The notes beneath the pieces were generated by a model. The model worked only from the letters and a program-made list of their open reading frames with translations. It had not been told where the DNA came from and ran no database searches. Positions 1 to 13,107 of a stretch of 64,000 bases of DNA are shown here, in pieces (position 1 is the first letter of the stretch; the number at the start of each line of letters is the position of its first letter). The stretch spans positions 185,183 through 249,182 of the forward strand of contig RDEW01000038.1 in the NCBI GenBank assembly GCA_011109175.1. The letters run 5' to 3'. A program made the position numbers and the translations under genes. This stretch comes from Dicyema japonicum. Taxonomy: Eukaryota > Animalia > Dicyemida.

Positions 1-94
1 TTTTTAATAAAAAAATAACTAAAATATTAACTAAGTCATGAACAAGATCATTTAGCAATGTAATCTTGATAAAATACACCACAATGATATTTTA

Positions 95-265
95 CTATTT
101 ATTAACCCCGGAATCACCGAGAAAGAAAGACAAAAGTAATGTCAACCAGTTAAGTGATCCCAGTTCCCGCAACCAAACGTGCCATTTGAAGTCTGTGTCT
201 CTCCATTGTTCCCACTGTCGAACGGAAATGCTTTTTTTGATCCTTGCAGAGGAAGGGGTACAGGT
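95..265 (-). mobile_element. 3' end remnant of an Ingi/Vingi-like LINE
   Basis: Minus strand reads CPxC-like and LRELGSLN, then GGGATCACTT...CGGTGATTCCGGGGTTAATAAA. Related termini recur near 11165, 11270, 27770, 34317, 48900 and 53720. Confidence 0.5.
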
Positions 266-330
266 AAATTCATCGCATAATAAATTTAAAAAATAAATAA
301 ATTTTTTTAATAATAATTATTAACAAAAAC

Positions 331-1206
331 ATGTCAGACAACGAAATGCATTTCTTTTACGATTTGTAGGGAAATTCGTTAAATGAAGAAACTCCTTATC
401 TATTTTTGCGATAAACAACCCGACGCAATTCAGGGTTAGTGAGCTACTCTCAATAATCCATGAGGTTTCGACTGCGATCCTTTCAAAAGTTAATTATTCT
501 GTCAATAATTATCACTGGAGATAAATTTACCATGCAATGAGCTCAAGATAATGGGAGAAATGGTAACTGAGGACTAGGCAATCTTGCATCTTAAACAACC
601 TAATCATCCAAACAAGAATCTCCTGTTTGGTATGATAGTTGTCCAAAATCCAGGAAACCCCCAACGGAGCTATAGATCCTAATTCTGACTCTGTGCCTTT
701 TAAGGAACTTCTAATAGAACAATAACAAAAATTCTTAATGGTTGTCAATCTTCCAAACATCTCTCCACAAAATCCGTGTCAGAAAAAGAATTTTGGTAAA
801 TATTTCGTGTATTGGTGGTCTTAGTGAAAGATCAAATAATTCTTTTTCGTGCCATCATGGCAATAGGCCTCATCTGAAAATTATGGATAACATGAAGCCA
901 CTATACTAGAACACGGAAAGACGTGTGATTTTTGACCAAGTTTACAGGGAGGATTCTAGATCAGGACCAGTGTTACAGACTTTTTGACCACCTCTACTTA
1001 GCTACTTGGGCTGTACCTCTTACATAAATAATCAACACGTCGGATCAGTTTATTAAATTTTGATAGATTAGTGTTCTAGTGTGATTAAGTATGTTAATGT
1101 GGTTATCTGAACCTCATCAAAGTATCTTACCTTTTCTTCCCCGAAAAATCGTTTTGCCAGTCGTCAAAGTAATAATCGACTCTGTCGTATATCTCCTCAA
1201 TCTTAA
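331..1206 (+). CDS. Putative micro-intron-rich gene of unknown function with one hydrophobic segment
   Basis: ATG at 331 follows an AT-rich leader. A frame to TAA 1204-1206 can be built with 23-35 nt GT-AG introns, but two junctions (TAG 575-577 and 907-909) lack a normal-length GT donor. Confidence 0.3.
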
Positions 1207-1393
1207 AATGAACAAAATTAATAAAATTGACAATAAAACAGTAAATTAGCAAAAATAAGCAAATATTGAAAATATAGTAAAAAAAAGCGTAATAGCTGCG
1301 CATGAGTGATAAACTATCATTTATATATCGTCCGTCTATTTATATTTCATCAATAAAAAAATAAGAAATTATTTTAGCAACATGGAATATCGA

Positions 1394-4151
1394 CTATTCC
1401 ATACAGCTTCTGACAGAGGATCTTTCGGGTTCGTTTAATTTTGAAGCGAAACGGTTTTGGACTCGGGTCTTTGAAGTTCCGGTGTTTCCCAAGTTCGTGA
1501 ATTTTTTTCCATCCTCTCTAGAAAAAAGAAGAAAAGGGCTATCGTCCATCATGAAGATGAGTGGACATGCCTTAGCATAGTAGGTTACCTCGTTAACCTT
1601 CCTGAGTGGACAATGTGTGCAATATAAGTGGGACACAACCTAAATCTTTCTCATTGGATAGGCCAGTGGAGGTTTACTGGTCGGGAGATTGAAAATAATA
1701 AAAACTATGCAAGTTTGCTATTTTTATCCACCAATCACTTAATTATAAAAAATAATCCATATCAGAGGTCACATCTATAACTCAGAATTGGGTTTGCAAA
1801 GTTATAGTCAATGATCAGCTTTATGTGAGAAGGCTCTACGCATTCTGCGAGAAGAACCGACCCTACCCTCATCACTCTACTGTGGGAGTCGTCAACACGA
1901 AGGAGTGGCTGGAAATTCTTCCGATTATCCCAAGAACAAGGGAACCCAACATGTTCATCCATGTTACGATCTGAAAATGGGCGATCCTTCTTCAGAAATC
2001 CGTCCCCCTTCAACTTATTTTCTAGGCACAAACGCAGATACTTTCTGGGAGAAGTGGGGTTCATTAGTTTGGTTACTCTTATCTTCCTTCATTCGAAACC
2101 TAGGGTTTCCATTGTCTCCCGTGTCCGTCACCTCGCCCATGGGGTCCTTGAGTGGTTCACACTCCATGCAACCGCGTCAGTGAAACCCAGTGACTCCCCC
2201 GGTTGAATTCTGTTGCTATGCTGATGGTAAAGCCGCGTCAATTATGTCACCACTGTGATAATGAAGACCTTAGAGATGTCAGCAGGGATCTCAAAGTTGC
2301 TTATTACCTGGGAAGGAGTTGTCTCAAATACTTCAAGGATTATATTGAAGAAGGTAAGACCACTTAAATTCAATCAGTCATATTGAAGAATACTCATGAA
2401 AGTATGGTGGTTGAGCATAATCACGGTATTATGGTCTCCAGTGAAGCTTATCTCCCTTCTCATGACCAAGAACGTGGTGAGGGACTGAGAAGATATCAGA
2501 AACTCGAAGTAATCCACACACTGTCATATCAACACTCCCAATACTATATCCTTAATCGATTATCCCAATATCGACATCAGTTTCCCCCAAGCCACCAGTG
2601 CTACCAACACATATGTTCTACCCACTGCTCTCTATGGTCTTCTTTATCACGATGGTCTGAATATATTCTTGTATACACACTACCAATCCAAAAAGACCAA
2701 GAGAAATTCAAAAATTCTGCTACATGAAACAGAAGGAATAGATCCTCTCCGCAAATTCGCATTCTCCCGGGGACCATGGAGGCGTTTTTTTGAAAATTTT
2801 ACACCACCAAGTAACCAGAATACCCCCAGTTTAAGGTGGTTCTATATGAGGCATTTATAACTGAGGGAATACTCCTGGATATCGAAATCTATCATCCAAG
2901 GAGAAAGGTTAACTGGCGGTGTACTAAATTCTAATAAATCAAATTTCCCGCCAAAAAGTAACATTGTTGTATATTTCCCGCTTAAAGCAGTAAACATCAA
3001 AATAAACATCCACCATTTGATTAAGTTAATACAAAAAAGCACCAAACTAATCAGAAGTTAAAGTGTCATTAAATAATTGTTCAAAATGTTCAACAAAAAA
3101 CTTAAAAATTTTCCTATACTGATCCATTACTTTGATGTATTCGGTAGGATCAGGTGCATCAAACACATTCAAATTACTAAATAAAAATCCTACACCATAC
3201 TTAAAGACAGAAAAACACCACAAAGTGGTAATATCTTCCAAACCCATGCACGTCATTTCTGATTGAGAAAGTATATAATTTAAATGTTTAAATAGAATAT
3301 AAAGTAATCTAAATATTAATTTGATTATTTTATTTTACTGTTTATTTATTTCTGGAATATTTTGTAAAATTATATTCAACTTTTCAAATTTCTCATCATC
3401 CGACGTTTGTGGGTCTGAAATTGCTTCTTTCTGAAATGCTTAAAATAAACACACGATTTCTTCGTGATATTCAATTCCAATGATAGATCCTGGAATGTCT
3501 CGAAAGAACTTTTTGAAGAGCTCAGAGAAGCTGTGAATATTCTTATCTTCGTCAAAGCAGCTCAAATCCCAGTCATCAATACGATTTCTCAATAAAAGCT
3601 TATTTATACTTCAGTTCTTCAATTTCACGGGCGCTTCCGCTAATACGGTAAATCCCTTTGATAACTCCGTTTTTCTCTACGTTACTGCTACATTTCTCAA
3701 TGAAAGTGATCAGTTTCTCTGGACAATATCTCTGAGAAATAACCTGGACTTATATCTTCTAAGGGTGTGCCGAAAAACGACTTCTTGATGATCCCGATGA
3801 TGCTGATGTTTTCTCTTGTTGGTCTCATAACAAAAAAATGCATCATTTTTGCCACCATTTTTTTAACGAAGACTAAAAATAACCACGTGTTCACCACCTC
3901 CACTATTTTTGTGGCTCTTGACTAAGCTGAGAGGTTTTGGTTTACTTTGCACAGTGACTTCAGCCTCCTCAAAAAGACCGATCTAGCAGTTACTATAGTA
4001 GGAAACCTCCACGTGATCCTCGTTCCAGGGGATGAAGCCATTGCTGGTTCGGATCCCTCTGAGCCACCCCCCATCACCTAATGAGGACTTGTCGATTATG
4101 CAAATGACGTCCCCTTTCTTTGGTTGGAAATGTGAGGTACCTCAAAACTTA
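1394..4151 (-). CDS. ARHGAP32: SH3 + RhoGAP protein, ARHGAP32/33 (CdGAPr/RRC-1) type; 5' end in gap, 3' exons uncertain
   Basis: Spliced translation gives an SH3 (SFEKGDVICIIDK..GWLRG..IGLF), then FVMRPTRENISIIGIIKKSFFGTPL (cf. FMKSRPTKQKLKQRGILKERVFGCDL), GAP motifs GIYRISGS and KKFFRDIP, and TALSGKYTTMLLF (cf. AALQGKFHTIIEF). Confidence 0.8.
2270..2470 (+). mobile_element. R4-clade retrotransposon C-terminal remnant, antisense within the RhoGAP locus
   Basis: LLITWEGVVSN..IQSVILKNTHESMVVEH, similar to 20760-20945, 38040-38200 and 61090-61230. Confidence 0.55.
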
Positions 4152-4521
4152 NNNNNNNNNNNNNNNNNNNNNNNNNNNNNNNNNNNNNNNNNNNNNNNNN
4201 NNNNNNNNNNNNNNNNNNNNNNNNNNNNNNNNNNNNNNNNNNNNNNNNNNNNNNNNNNNNNNNNNNNNNNNNNNNNNNNNNNNNNNNNNNNNNNNNNNNN
4301 NNNNNNNNNNNNNNNNNNNNNNNNNNNNNNNNNNNNNNNNNNNNNNNNNNNNNNNNNNNNNNNNNNNNNNNNNNNNNNNNNNNNNNNNNNNNNNNNNNNN
4401 NNNNNNNNNNNNNNNNNNNNNNNNNNNNNNNNNNNNNNNNNNNNNNNNNNNNNNNNNNNNNNNNNNNNNNNNNNNNNNNNNNNNNNNNNNNNNNNNNNNN
4501 NNNNNNNNNNNNNNNNNNNNN

Positions 4522-5720
4522 TACCTACCCGAAAGTCAAAGTGGGTTCAGAGAAGGAAGATCAACAGCTGATGCAGTCTGGAGTCACAGATGGAAATGTG
4601 CGACACATCAAAGATATTGCAATGCCATCCACATTCTGGGAATAGATCTATCAAAAGCCTTTGACTCGGTTAACAGGAAAAAATTGATGTCAGTGCTAGA
4701 AGGGTTTATTGACGAATCGAGTTTAAGAATGATTCAAATCTTTCTATCTAACACAGAGCTCCTTGTGAGAGTTGGAAAAACCTACTCAAGAAAATTTGAA
4801 ACAAACACAGGCACTCCTCAAGGAGACTCTCTCTCCCCTACTATTCACAATATACTTGGAGGCCGCTATTAGGGAACTGAGACCATTATATCAAGGAAAA
4901 ATAGAAGAAGTGATTTATGCTGATGATGTCGACCTAATTTCTGAAGACAAAGAACTCCTGGAGCATGTACTAGAAAAAGCACCAGATATACTTGAGAAAT
5001 GGTTTCTCACCGTGAACAGGGAAAAAAACAGAACGGACAGAGATAAGAAGAATGAACAACTCACTCGAAGAAAAATGGAGACACATAAAGAAACTTGGCT
5101 CACTACTAGGAGATAGCGAAGACATCATACGGAAAAAAACATTGGCAAATGCGGCATTACAAAGGCTTAAAAATCTTTGGCTAAAACGGAAAGGATGTAA
5201 CATAAAACAAAGGATTATGTTATAGGACACTTTCATCAAACCAACTCTACTATACAACTCTGGGACCTGGGCCACCTCTAAAGAGGAATTGGAGAGGCTA
5301 GACTCATTTCACAGGAATCATCTAAGAAACATAACTGGAATGTCCTGGCCATCCAAGATCTCGCGGAATGGACTATACAATAAGTGTGACTGTATACCAT
5401 TAAGCCATGAGATCATTAGCTCTCGTTGGAGACTTTTTGGACACGTCCTGAGGTTGGACTCGATATCCCCCCCACAAATATCGCAATGGAAAATTACTAC
5501 TCCTCCACTGTAAAACGCTATACTGGAACTCGTTTTACACAACAATCTGAAAGCCATGAAGAAAACATTGGCATCTGGTGACGATCTGGACTCACTGAGG
5601 GACCTAGCTAAGAACAGAAGAGTTTTGAGCAACCTAACTAATTCTCTTATATTTTTTGCTGCACATGCGGGGCTATAAATATTATGGCTCTCGTGAAAGT
5701 GCTAATAATAATAATAATAA
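4522..5720 (+). mobile_element. RTE-clade LINE, RT to 3' end, frameshifted
   Basis: QSGFREGRST, DLSKAFDSV, GTPQGD, YADD, RWRLFGHVLR. Ends in a GCAC..GTGC hairpin and (TAA)n. Confidence 0.9.
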
Positions 5721-6499
5721 GTTGAGCGATAACATCTAAGGAAGCCCAAATTTACCGTGGAGCAATGGGGTTTGAGCATATTCGATCAGAGATAGGGATA
5801 AAATCCCGAGTTTCAGACTTTTTTTATAAAGGAATTTCAAATGATGACTTTAAACACTTTTGTCCTACACTTCGTTTGTAGACATGTTTACCTATCTTCC
5901 TATTGAATGTAGGAATTCTGATAGTGTCTTTTAAAAGTGAAAGCTTGAAAAATTTTTATTTTGACCAAGGGTCATGGCTCCGCATGTGCAGTCAACAAGA
6001 CACAACTTCATTAGGAAAAGAAAATGTTAATTAACTAAGGGATGTGAGCACTGGTCGATTAATCCCAGAGAGATACTGAAATTCCAATTCCTCTTGTCAA
6101 CTTTCCAGACCAATTCCTTTTTTTGTTAACTTCCAACTTTCCAGACCAATTCCTTTTTTGGTATTAAGGTGATATTCCAGCATCTTCCTTTTCGTTGTCT
6201 TTCCAGGCTTAACACGTTTTTTGGAACGTGTAAGCCACGTCACCAGCTCAGTTTTTCAGATGTAAAGAGAGAATTTTATTGGCAAAACAAACTCGTTACT
6301 AACTAGAAATTTGTATTGAGAAGCCATATATCTCTTTTTCAATATTTCTTACACCGAATTTATTTCTCTAGCGGTGCGATAATTTTTTATGGATATTTTT
6401 CACCCCTCATAATTGGGTGATATTTTGAACTTTAAATCGAGTCCATATGCCAATTTGATGGCATATCTCATAGATCTATCGAGAAGCTCCACGAGAATA

Positions 6500-6960
6500 C
6501 CTTTCAAACGATTTTTTGAAGCCATAGATCATGAATGGTTCTTTATACTTGCAGTATAAAAATAGAGAAAAGTTTTCGGACTAAAATGAAATCGTAGAAG
6601 CGATTTCAACATCGCAGTAGCTTTTTTCCTTCTGTTCATGATGTGATCTTTAAAGGAACTCTTTGAGTTCACACACACTCCAAGATATTGTAAGTACTCT
6701 ATAGATCTGATTGATCCGATTTTTACACAAATATTAGACCTTTTCCTGTTCCTTACAATCCAGGAAACTACATTTTTAGAGTGATAAAGATAAACTTTCA
6801 TTTTTTTGATTCGAAATTCTTTTCAAGTAGATTTATTTATTTTTTAACATAAGTTCCATCTGCATGAATTATCATTTTGGTGAGTGTTCCACATTTGGAA
6901 TGCCACCTATCACACAATTAAACAAAAGTGGACTTAGACAGACCCTTGCGGAACCCCTCT
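6500..6960 (-). mobile_element. Degenerate LINE RT fragment
   Basis: LSPLLFNCVI and YLGVCVNSKSSFKDHI in the ORF track. Confidence 0.6.
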
Positions 6961-6999
6961 TTAACAAAATTTTATCTATAATGGACTCCCAACAGGAGA

Positions 7000-8355
7000 A
7001 AAAGATCTCTTTCAGAAAGAAACCTTCTCGTATATAAAAGTGTCGTACTTCAAATATTAAAATTAGAGGTCCGTGACAAACCAGCTTGTCAAACACTATC
7101 AAAAGCTTTCGAAATGTCCAACATACGACCGTAAAGCATTCTCTATTTCTCTGAGAAATATAAGAAGGAAAGATCACAAACAGGGATTGTAGAGCAATGG
7201 ATATTAGAATCACTGGGACATTGATAGTCTTCGAAATAGAACAGCTTGTGCAAGTATTGCATACCATCTTAGACAATTTTTTATAAACTCATAGTTCAAC
7301 TGAGTTACATTCATAGAATTAATAGGCACATGCAAGAAATCAGTAAAGATCATTGAAGTATTGTAGGTGCGTGGTGACATGTGGCTACTTGATTGAAGAG
7401 TTCTCTTCCTTCCTTCTGGTGGCTTCATTGGATCCACCTTACACAAAAGACATCTAATGCCTGACCGTCATTCAAAAAGATCCATCTATTCATTCCACCA
7501 GGAGACAATTCCATTTCATAGCGACGAGTTCTGAAATCAACCTCAGCTCCTTAAACAGCGTCCTCTGGATCACTGTGCTTGGATGAAGGTTATGGTGGTC
7601 GTATCTATCTTTAAGAAGATCAGGTTGTGATTGCTCAACGAGTCATATTCGACAGATCAGTTGATTAGCGAAACTGGAGATTGGGATGCGTGAGCAATTG
7701 GGAGATGAGATTGGTAAAATGATGATTTATCATTATGTCGAGTTTGGGGCATTATATGGAGGGTAGGTTTTTTTAAGATACAAAGATTGGTCAGGTTCTC
7801 AATTATCATTATCCCTTTCTTAAAATGAACTAAAGTAGATGTATTGAGTTTATTTTTTGGATAATTATCAAGTTCCTGAGCATGGTTAGGGAAAGAAATT
7901 CTGGGGGCATAGATAAGCAAATGTTTTAGGAGAGATATGTATTAATTAGTATTAGGAGTTAGATTTTCCTTGTTTCAAGTTTAAAGTCGCTATTTGGAAA
8001 GTGGTTGTAGATCACGTTCCAGACTCAATTTGCATTCTGTCACTTAATCGTCTCAAGTAATCCGGAAATCTAGCTGTAGGTTTCACTACCTCTATCACTT
8101 ATATCATAAACCTACTACTTGTGGCTGTTCATAGAACTCTGTTCTCTGCCAGTCTGATCGCCTTAAATAAGAATGGAGGTGAAGTCCTTCCACTTGCCGT
8201 TTGGTTCGTATACAGAAAGCTTATTGATCAAAATCGAATGCAAGAGTTCTGCACCTCTGGTTTCAAATTTACTAAGCTATTCTTAATTTGGGGTTAGATT
8301 AAGACTTAGCTGCGAAGCTGCAACCCATTCCGTACTCAACTTCAAATACTTAAGC
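7000..8355 (-). other. Candidate endogenous viral element: degraded negative-strand RNA virus L fragment
   Basis: Intronless decayed coding DNA without TE motifs. SSFYQS..IFLKIDTTT resembles 34500-34630; RKRTLQ..NVTQLNYEFI resembles 19690-19860. Confidence 0.4.
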
Positions 8356-9510
8356 TTCAAATTCTCTCCACCCTTGGTCGTCAGATTTAATATTTGTAAG
8401 ACAATCGATAGTCGTCCGGAAGATGGAATCTATAGTGTTGAGCCCCTAGTTTAATTTTTCGTTGACAAGGTTCTTTTCTCAGAAGGGAAATTGAGGTATA
8501 TGCTTCTAGAATCTAGAAGCTTTTGAATGTTGTTTTTAGTTGTTTTTTTGTTTTGAGTGTGTCACTGCTTCCAGCTTTTGTAAGGGGATATCTAAGTTTA
8601 CTTGACGTTCCCTGGTTTCTGTGGCTTTTGGAATGATCCCTCTGAACATCGCAAAGATCGAGTTCCATTCAGACTTTGGTGACTTCACAATTCTAGGTGT
8701 TCAGAATTAGGCATAGAGATTCCATTTGAACTGTCAGACTTTTCAAACAATCCAGCACATCCTTCGGATGACCGCCCATGGTGCAATCATCCGAATACCA
8801 TACTTTCAGAGGATTAGAACAGTATCCCGTGATACGGGCAATTCCCAGGCTGAACAAGGAAGGCCCAGTGGGTCTTCATGTTAGACTCCAAAGGATGTTG
8901 TAATGAAGTATTGACCGTGGATCAAGCTGGAAGGTTTTCTATATGAGGTATGAAAATAGTTATACATTGATGCGTAAATGTAAAACAATCCTCCAAAATT
9001 TTATCACGCTGTATCGCGTTGAAAGCGTTTTTGATATCAGCCATAAGGTTTTCGGCCTATTCCACTTAGTAATCTTTGTGTGTCCGAGATAGTTGATGTT
9101 TGTTTCTCATTGTTTTGGAATCTGTATGTGTGCTTTTCGGAGTCAACCAATAAGTTCCCAGAGGAGATATTTTCTTTTACTATTGACGTAAATGATTTCT
9201 CTTCTTTCCCCCTCTAATGGGGTATGCATAGTGTGAATGGAGCGACACAAAATAATCGCGCCCAATACTCAGAGACTGTCCATTCAATACACTCACATAG
9301 GCAATCCGTGACAGATACAAGGGCAGCTTTGGAGATCCTGATCAGGAGTCTTTGTGTGGGTTTCAAATCAATTCAAGTACCTCCTGATAATGTCAATCGG
9401 AAAAACAGCCAGGGCTCTTTGAGTAATTCCAACACAGAACATTTGGAAACCACACGAACAGGCCGTGAAGTGGATCATCCTTTTTCTTTTGTTTATTATG
9501 TCGCATTTTT
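8356..9510 (-). mobile_element. CRE-clade non-LTR retrotransposon, internally deleted
   Basis: DIKNAFNAIQR, GV*HEDPLG, VWYSDDCTMGG. The upstream WARLFCVAPFTL matches RLFSFAPFAL at 32934. Confidence 0.75.
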
Positions 9511-11759
9511 TGCAGATCTCATCTTTTTTTCCGGTTTGCTGTATCTTATTTCTGATTTTTATTTATTTTCTTTTCAACTCCCCAACAAGTATCAGGCAGT
9601 CAATTAATAATTGAATTAAAAATTCAACTCGATAACCGATATTATAAACTATAATGGAATCTATATTAATGCATCTATTGCTTACATTACCTACCTGTTC
9701 TATCCTCATATAACCTTTCTTGTGATCATTCCATAATTTCTTCAGACTTGATAATAATTAGTTAGCAGTCGTAACTGCAAAAAGGATACGTAATTTCTTG
9801 AAAGAATCTATATGGGAAGCCCCGATTAAAGTATAATTCCAATGCTTATAATCTTCTAATAATCACTATTTACACAAGCCTCGTTGTAAATCCTGTAAAA
9901 CTCTCGATAAACTGTTTGCAGCTCATGGAATGATATAGGGCCTTTGATTTGATGGAGTTATGATCTAAAACAACAACACTCATAATTGTTGGGATGCATA
10001 CTCTCCAGAATGTATCACTGGTAACCTATTGAACTTCCTTGTACTTTGCTTCCATATTTTTTATTAAAGATCTCAAAGTATAGAACTTTGGTACTTTTGT
10101 GTACAATAAGAAAAATCATCCTTTTTACATAATTTAGAAAAATCTGTTAGCTTTCATTTTGTAAATTTTTTATCTCAGGAATATTTTATTCGAAACGGGC
10201 AGATTTATTCCCTTTTTGATAGCAAAAAAATTGAGGAAGATAACATAAGAGGACCATCGGATTTTTTGGAATTCAGATACGAGGAGGAAGTAGACCGTGA
10301 TGGAGCGATCCAACCCCATAATTGACTAAAAAGGAAATGTCGCCTTTATAAAATATTTAGTTAATGTTGAGTTTGTCTTACCTATTTTGACGAAAGCGAA
10401 GCTTCTCTACCGCTGGGAATTCGCGTCTAGTTGCCGTGCCTTGTGGTCATCATCTGAATTTAAATTCATATCTGTACAGGATTGGACAATCGTCCTCTTC
10501 ACTATGCCCATGGTGCTTTTTTACGACCAGAAGATAGGTCACCTCTTCTCTTGTGCCAGTCACCTGCTAGTTCTCTACAAACCACATATACCTACCGGAT
10601 CTCTGGGAGAGTCCGCTCTTGGCTGTAACTTTTTGGTTAGACACCGGTTTCTTTCACTTGAAGGAACCAGGATTAATAAATAAGCCCTTGTGTCTGCAAT
10701 GTTTCTAACGAATTGATTATTCCACCTCGTTTATTGGAACACGCAATGCAAGCCCTCTCAATCACTAAAAAGATGTTGAATTAAACACGTAATAAAAATG
10801 ACAACGGGATAAAAACTTCATTAATAAATGTCGCATGTATCGCGTCCACCTGTTCCATAATATCAGGGCAAAATTTTAAGTTTGAACATCTCTGCAATCA
10901 CAAATAAAATCAATTTTTTGATTTTGAATAATATTCGATTAAATGATTTAGCTGGATGTATACAGGTTTAAGGCTAAGATAGGGGTATTANGGAGAGTGA
11001 AGTCATTTCTACAGTGGGCAATAAAAACCGGCTGTCCGCTTTCACTCTCTATACCTAACTATCTAGAAAATGCGGGAAATCTATGAAGAATGTGACCGTC
11101 CCCGTTTTTACCAATTCTGTTGGATGTTCGAGGACCTCGAATGAGAGCCAGAACCCGGAAAACCAGGATCACTTAGTTAGTAGTTAACTTTTTCTAATCC
11201 GGTGATCTTATGGTAAAGAAAAAAAATATCTTAGAGGACCTCGAATGAGAGCCAGAACCCGGAAAACCGGGATCACTTAGTTAGTAGTTAACTTTTTCTA
11301 ATCCGGTGATCTTATGGTAAAGAAAAAAAATATCTAAAATGGAGATTGCTTGATCAGTTCCTTTATTTATGTACTTACAAGCATATTTGATGGACTTTAT
11401 GGAATTACAGAACTCCACATTGGTATGGGCATTAAATGTCTTGGATAAAATTTACTATATGGCAACCTTTATTGTATCAGAGATCATTTCATTCTACGTA
11501 TTTCTGATTGGTGTTGATCTTCCTGACTACAGCGGTCTTCTAGAGAATGTCTTCATTTTTGATGAAAATCACTTTATTTATCAATAAGTACATTATTGCT
11601 TATTTAGGAATTCTGAATTGATTAATTTATCAGCATTTGGTTTTTAATTACTTCCATTTGATACAAACTTAGTATTTTATTAAGAAACTTCAAGACTAGC
11701 AAGAAAGGCGTCAAATACTAACTTCTAAGTGATCCCAGATACAAAAACTACCGCAACGA

Positions 11760-12500
11760 ACATACTATCGATTTTCTCAAACAAAATAGTGATCGATAAA
11801 ATTCTAACACAAAATCAACATGTTACCGGAGTATTTTTCCAGATTTCTGCAAATCAGCTCTGGATGACAAAATTTATGATGGGTTGAAGAGTTGGTCGCC
11901 GACTTTTGAAGAAACCCTTTTTGATCCACATAGATTGAGGAAGTTGGCCAACATTTCGTACAAGACAACTCAATCTACCCTTTTGGAAACGGACGACTAG
12001 CACCGTGGGGGTTGTATTCTGTCAGCCTAGCACAGCTGACAGAATGAGGTAATTGAATAGCTGTTTTTCCTGAATAATTTATTACGTAACAAAACAATCA
12101 ACGCGTTTCCATCATCTTCATTTTGTTTCCTTGTGGATCAAAACTCCCTCAGAAATAAGATATTCATTTGCCTCAAGATCGACCTNTTGAGGTAATTGAA
12201 TAGCTGTTTCTCCTGAATAATTTATTACGTAACAAAACAATCAACGCGTTTCCATCATCTTCATTTTGTTTCCTTGTGGATCAAAACTCCCTCAGAAATA
12301 AGATATTCATTTGCCTCAAGATCGACCTATGCCAGCCTCATCCGTGCCGGTGTAGATCCGTTGTAGACTGCAAAGGGCTTCACTCGCTCTCTTGTCGTCT
12401 AATCAGTAATCAATTCCCGAGGCATGCCGCCATCAACGGGGTTGTGAAACGTTCTCTTGAGAGAAAATATGACAGCCTCTCAACGAGATCCCACTGTCTT
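11760..12500 (+). mobile_element. CRE-clade 3' fragment (zinc knuckle and start of REL domain)
   Basis: INAFPSSS..CQPHPCRCRSVVDCKGLHSLSC..RHAAINGVVKR. Confidence 0.75.
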
Positions 12501-13107
12501 TGAATTTCAACAAGTCTACAAAACATCTAGTCTTAAATAACTGAATTCTCTAAACATCTACTCGAGAATAACGTAGTCAATCCGACGGCCGTTCGATTAA
12601 GGGTGTTTTTCTGATTTCGGCACTCGAGTCCAGAAATTCTTATGCATATATATGATCCACGGAGACAGCAACCACCAACTAGAAAGTTTTTCACTTTAAA
12701 AAATTAAATATTACTGAATGGCTTCCTCAAATAACATTTGTATCTTTGTTAAACAATCGTCTTTTTATTAACAAAAAAAGTAGACTATCAATCAAAAATA
12801 GAGCTAAAGGACCGCAACACTAACTTTCAGCTATTCTTCCTCTGGATTTCGAAATAAATCTACTCGAATAGCTGACTCCAAATTTTTTGAAGAAACCGTA
12901 GGAAGAGAGTCTGAAATTATTAAAGCAATTTAAAAGCGAAAAATAATCAAAGACTATAACAGAATTTATTTCAAAAAATCAAAAATATCGATTTTCATTA
13001 ACAAAATTGTTACTACATTTCCCAAAAAACTAATAAAACTAAAAATAAGGTAATGCCAAAATAAAAACCAAAAAACCGAAAATAGATAGAAAAAATTAAG
13101 AAACTAA

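Noticed and set aside
9640-10860. Possible intron-rich gene on the minus strand
   Set aside because: Some GT-AG candidates, but no consistent frame or recognisable domain could be built.
12046-12330. Tandem duplications centred on a single N (also at 15170, 17840, 21168, 21690, 24764, 28268, 48258)
   Set aside because: Pattern of unmerged contig overlaps or haplotypes at scaffold joins, not biological repeats.
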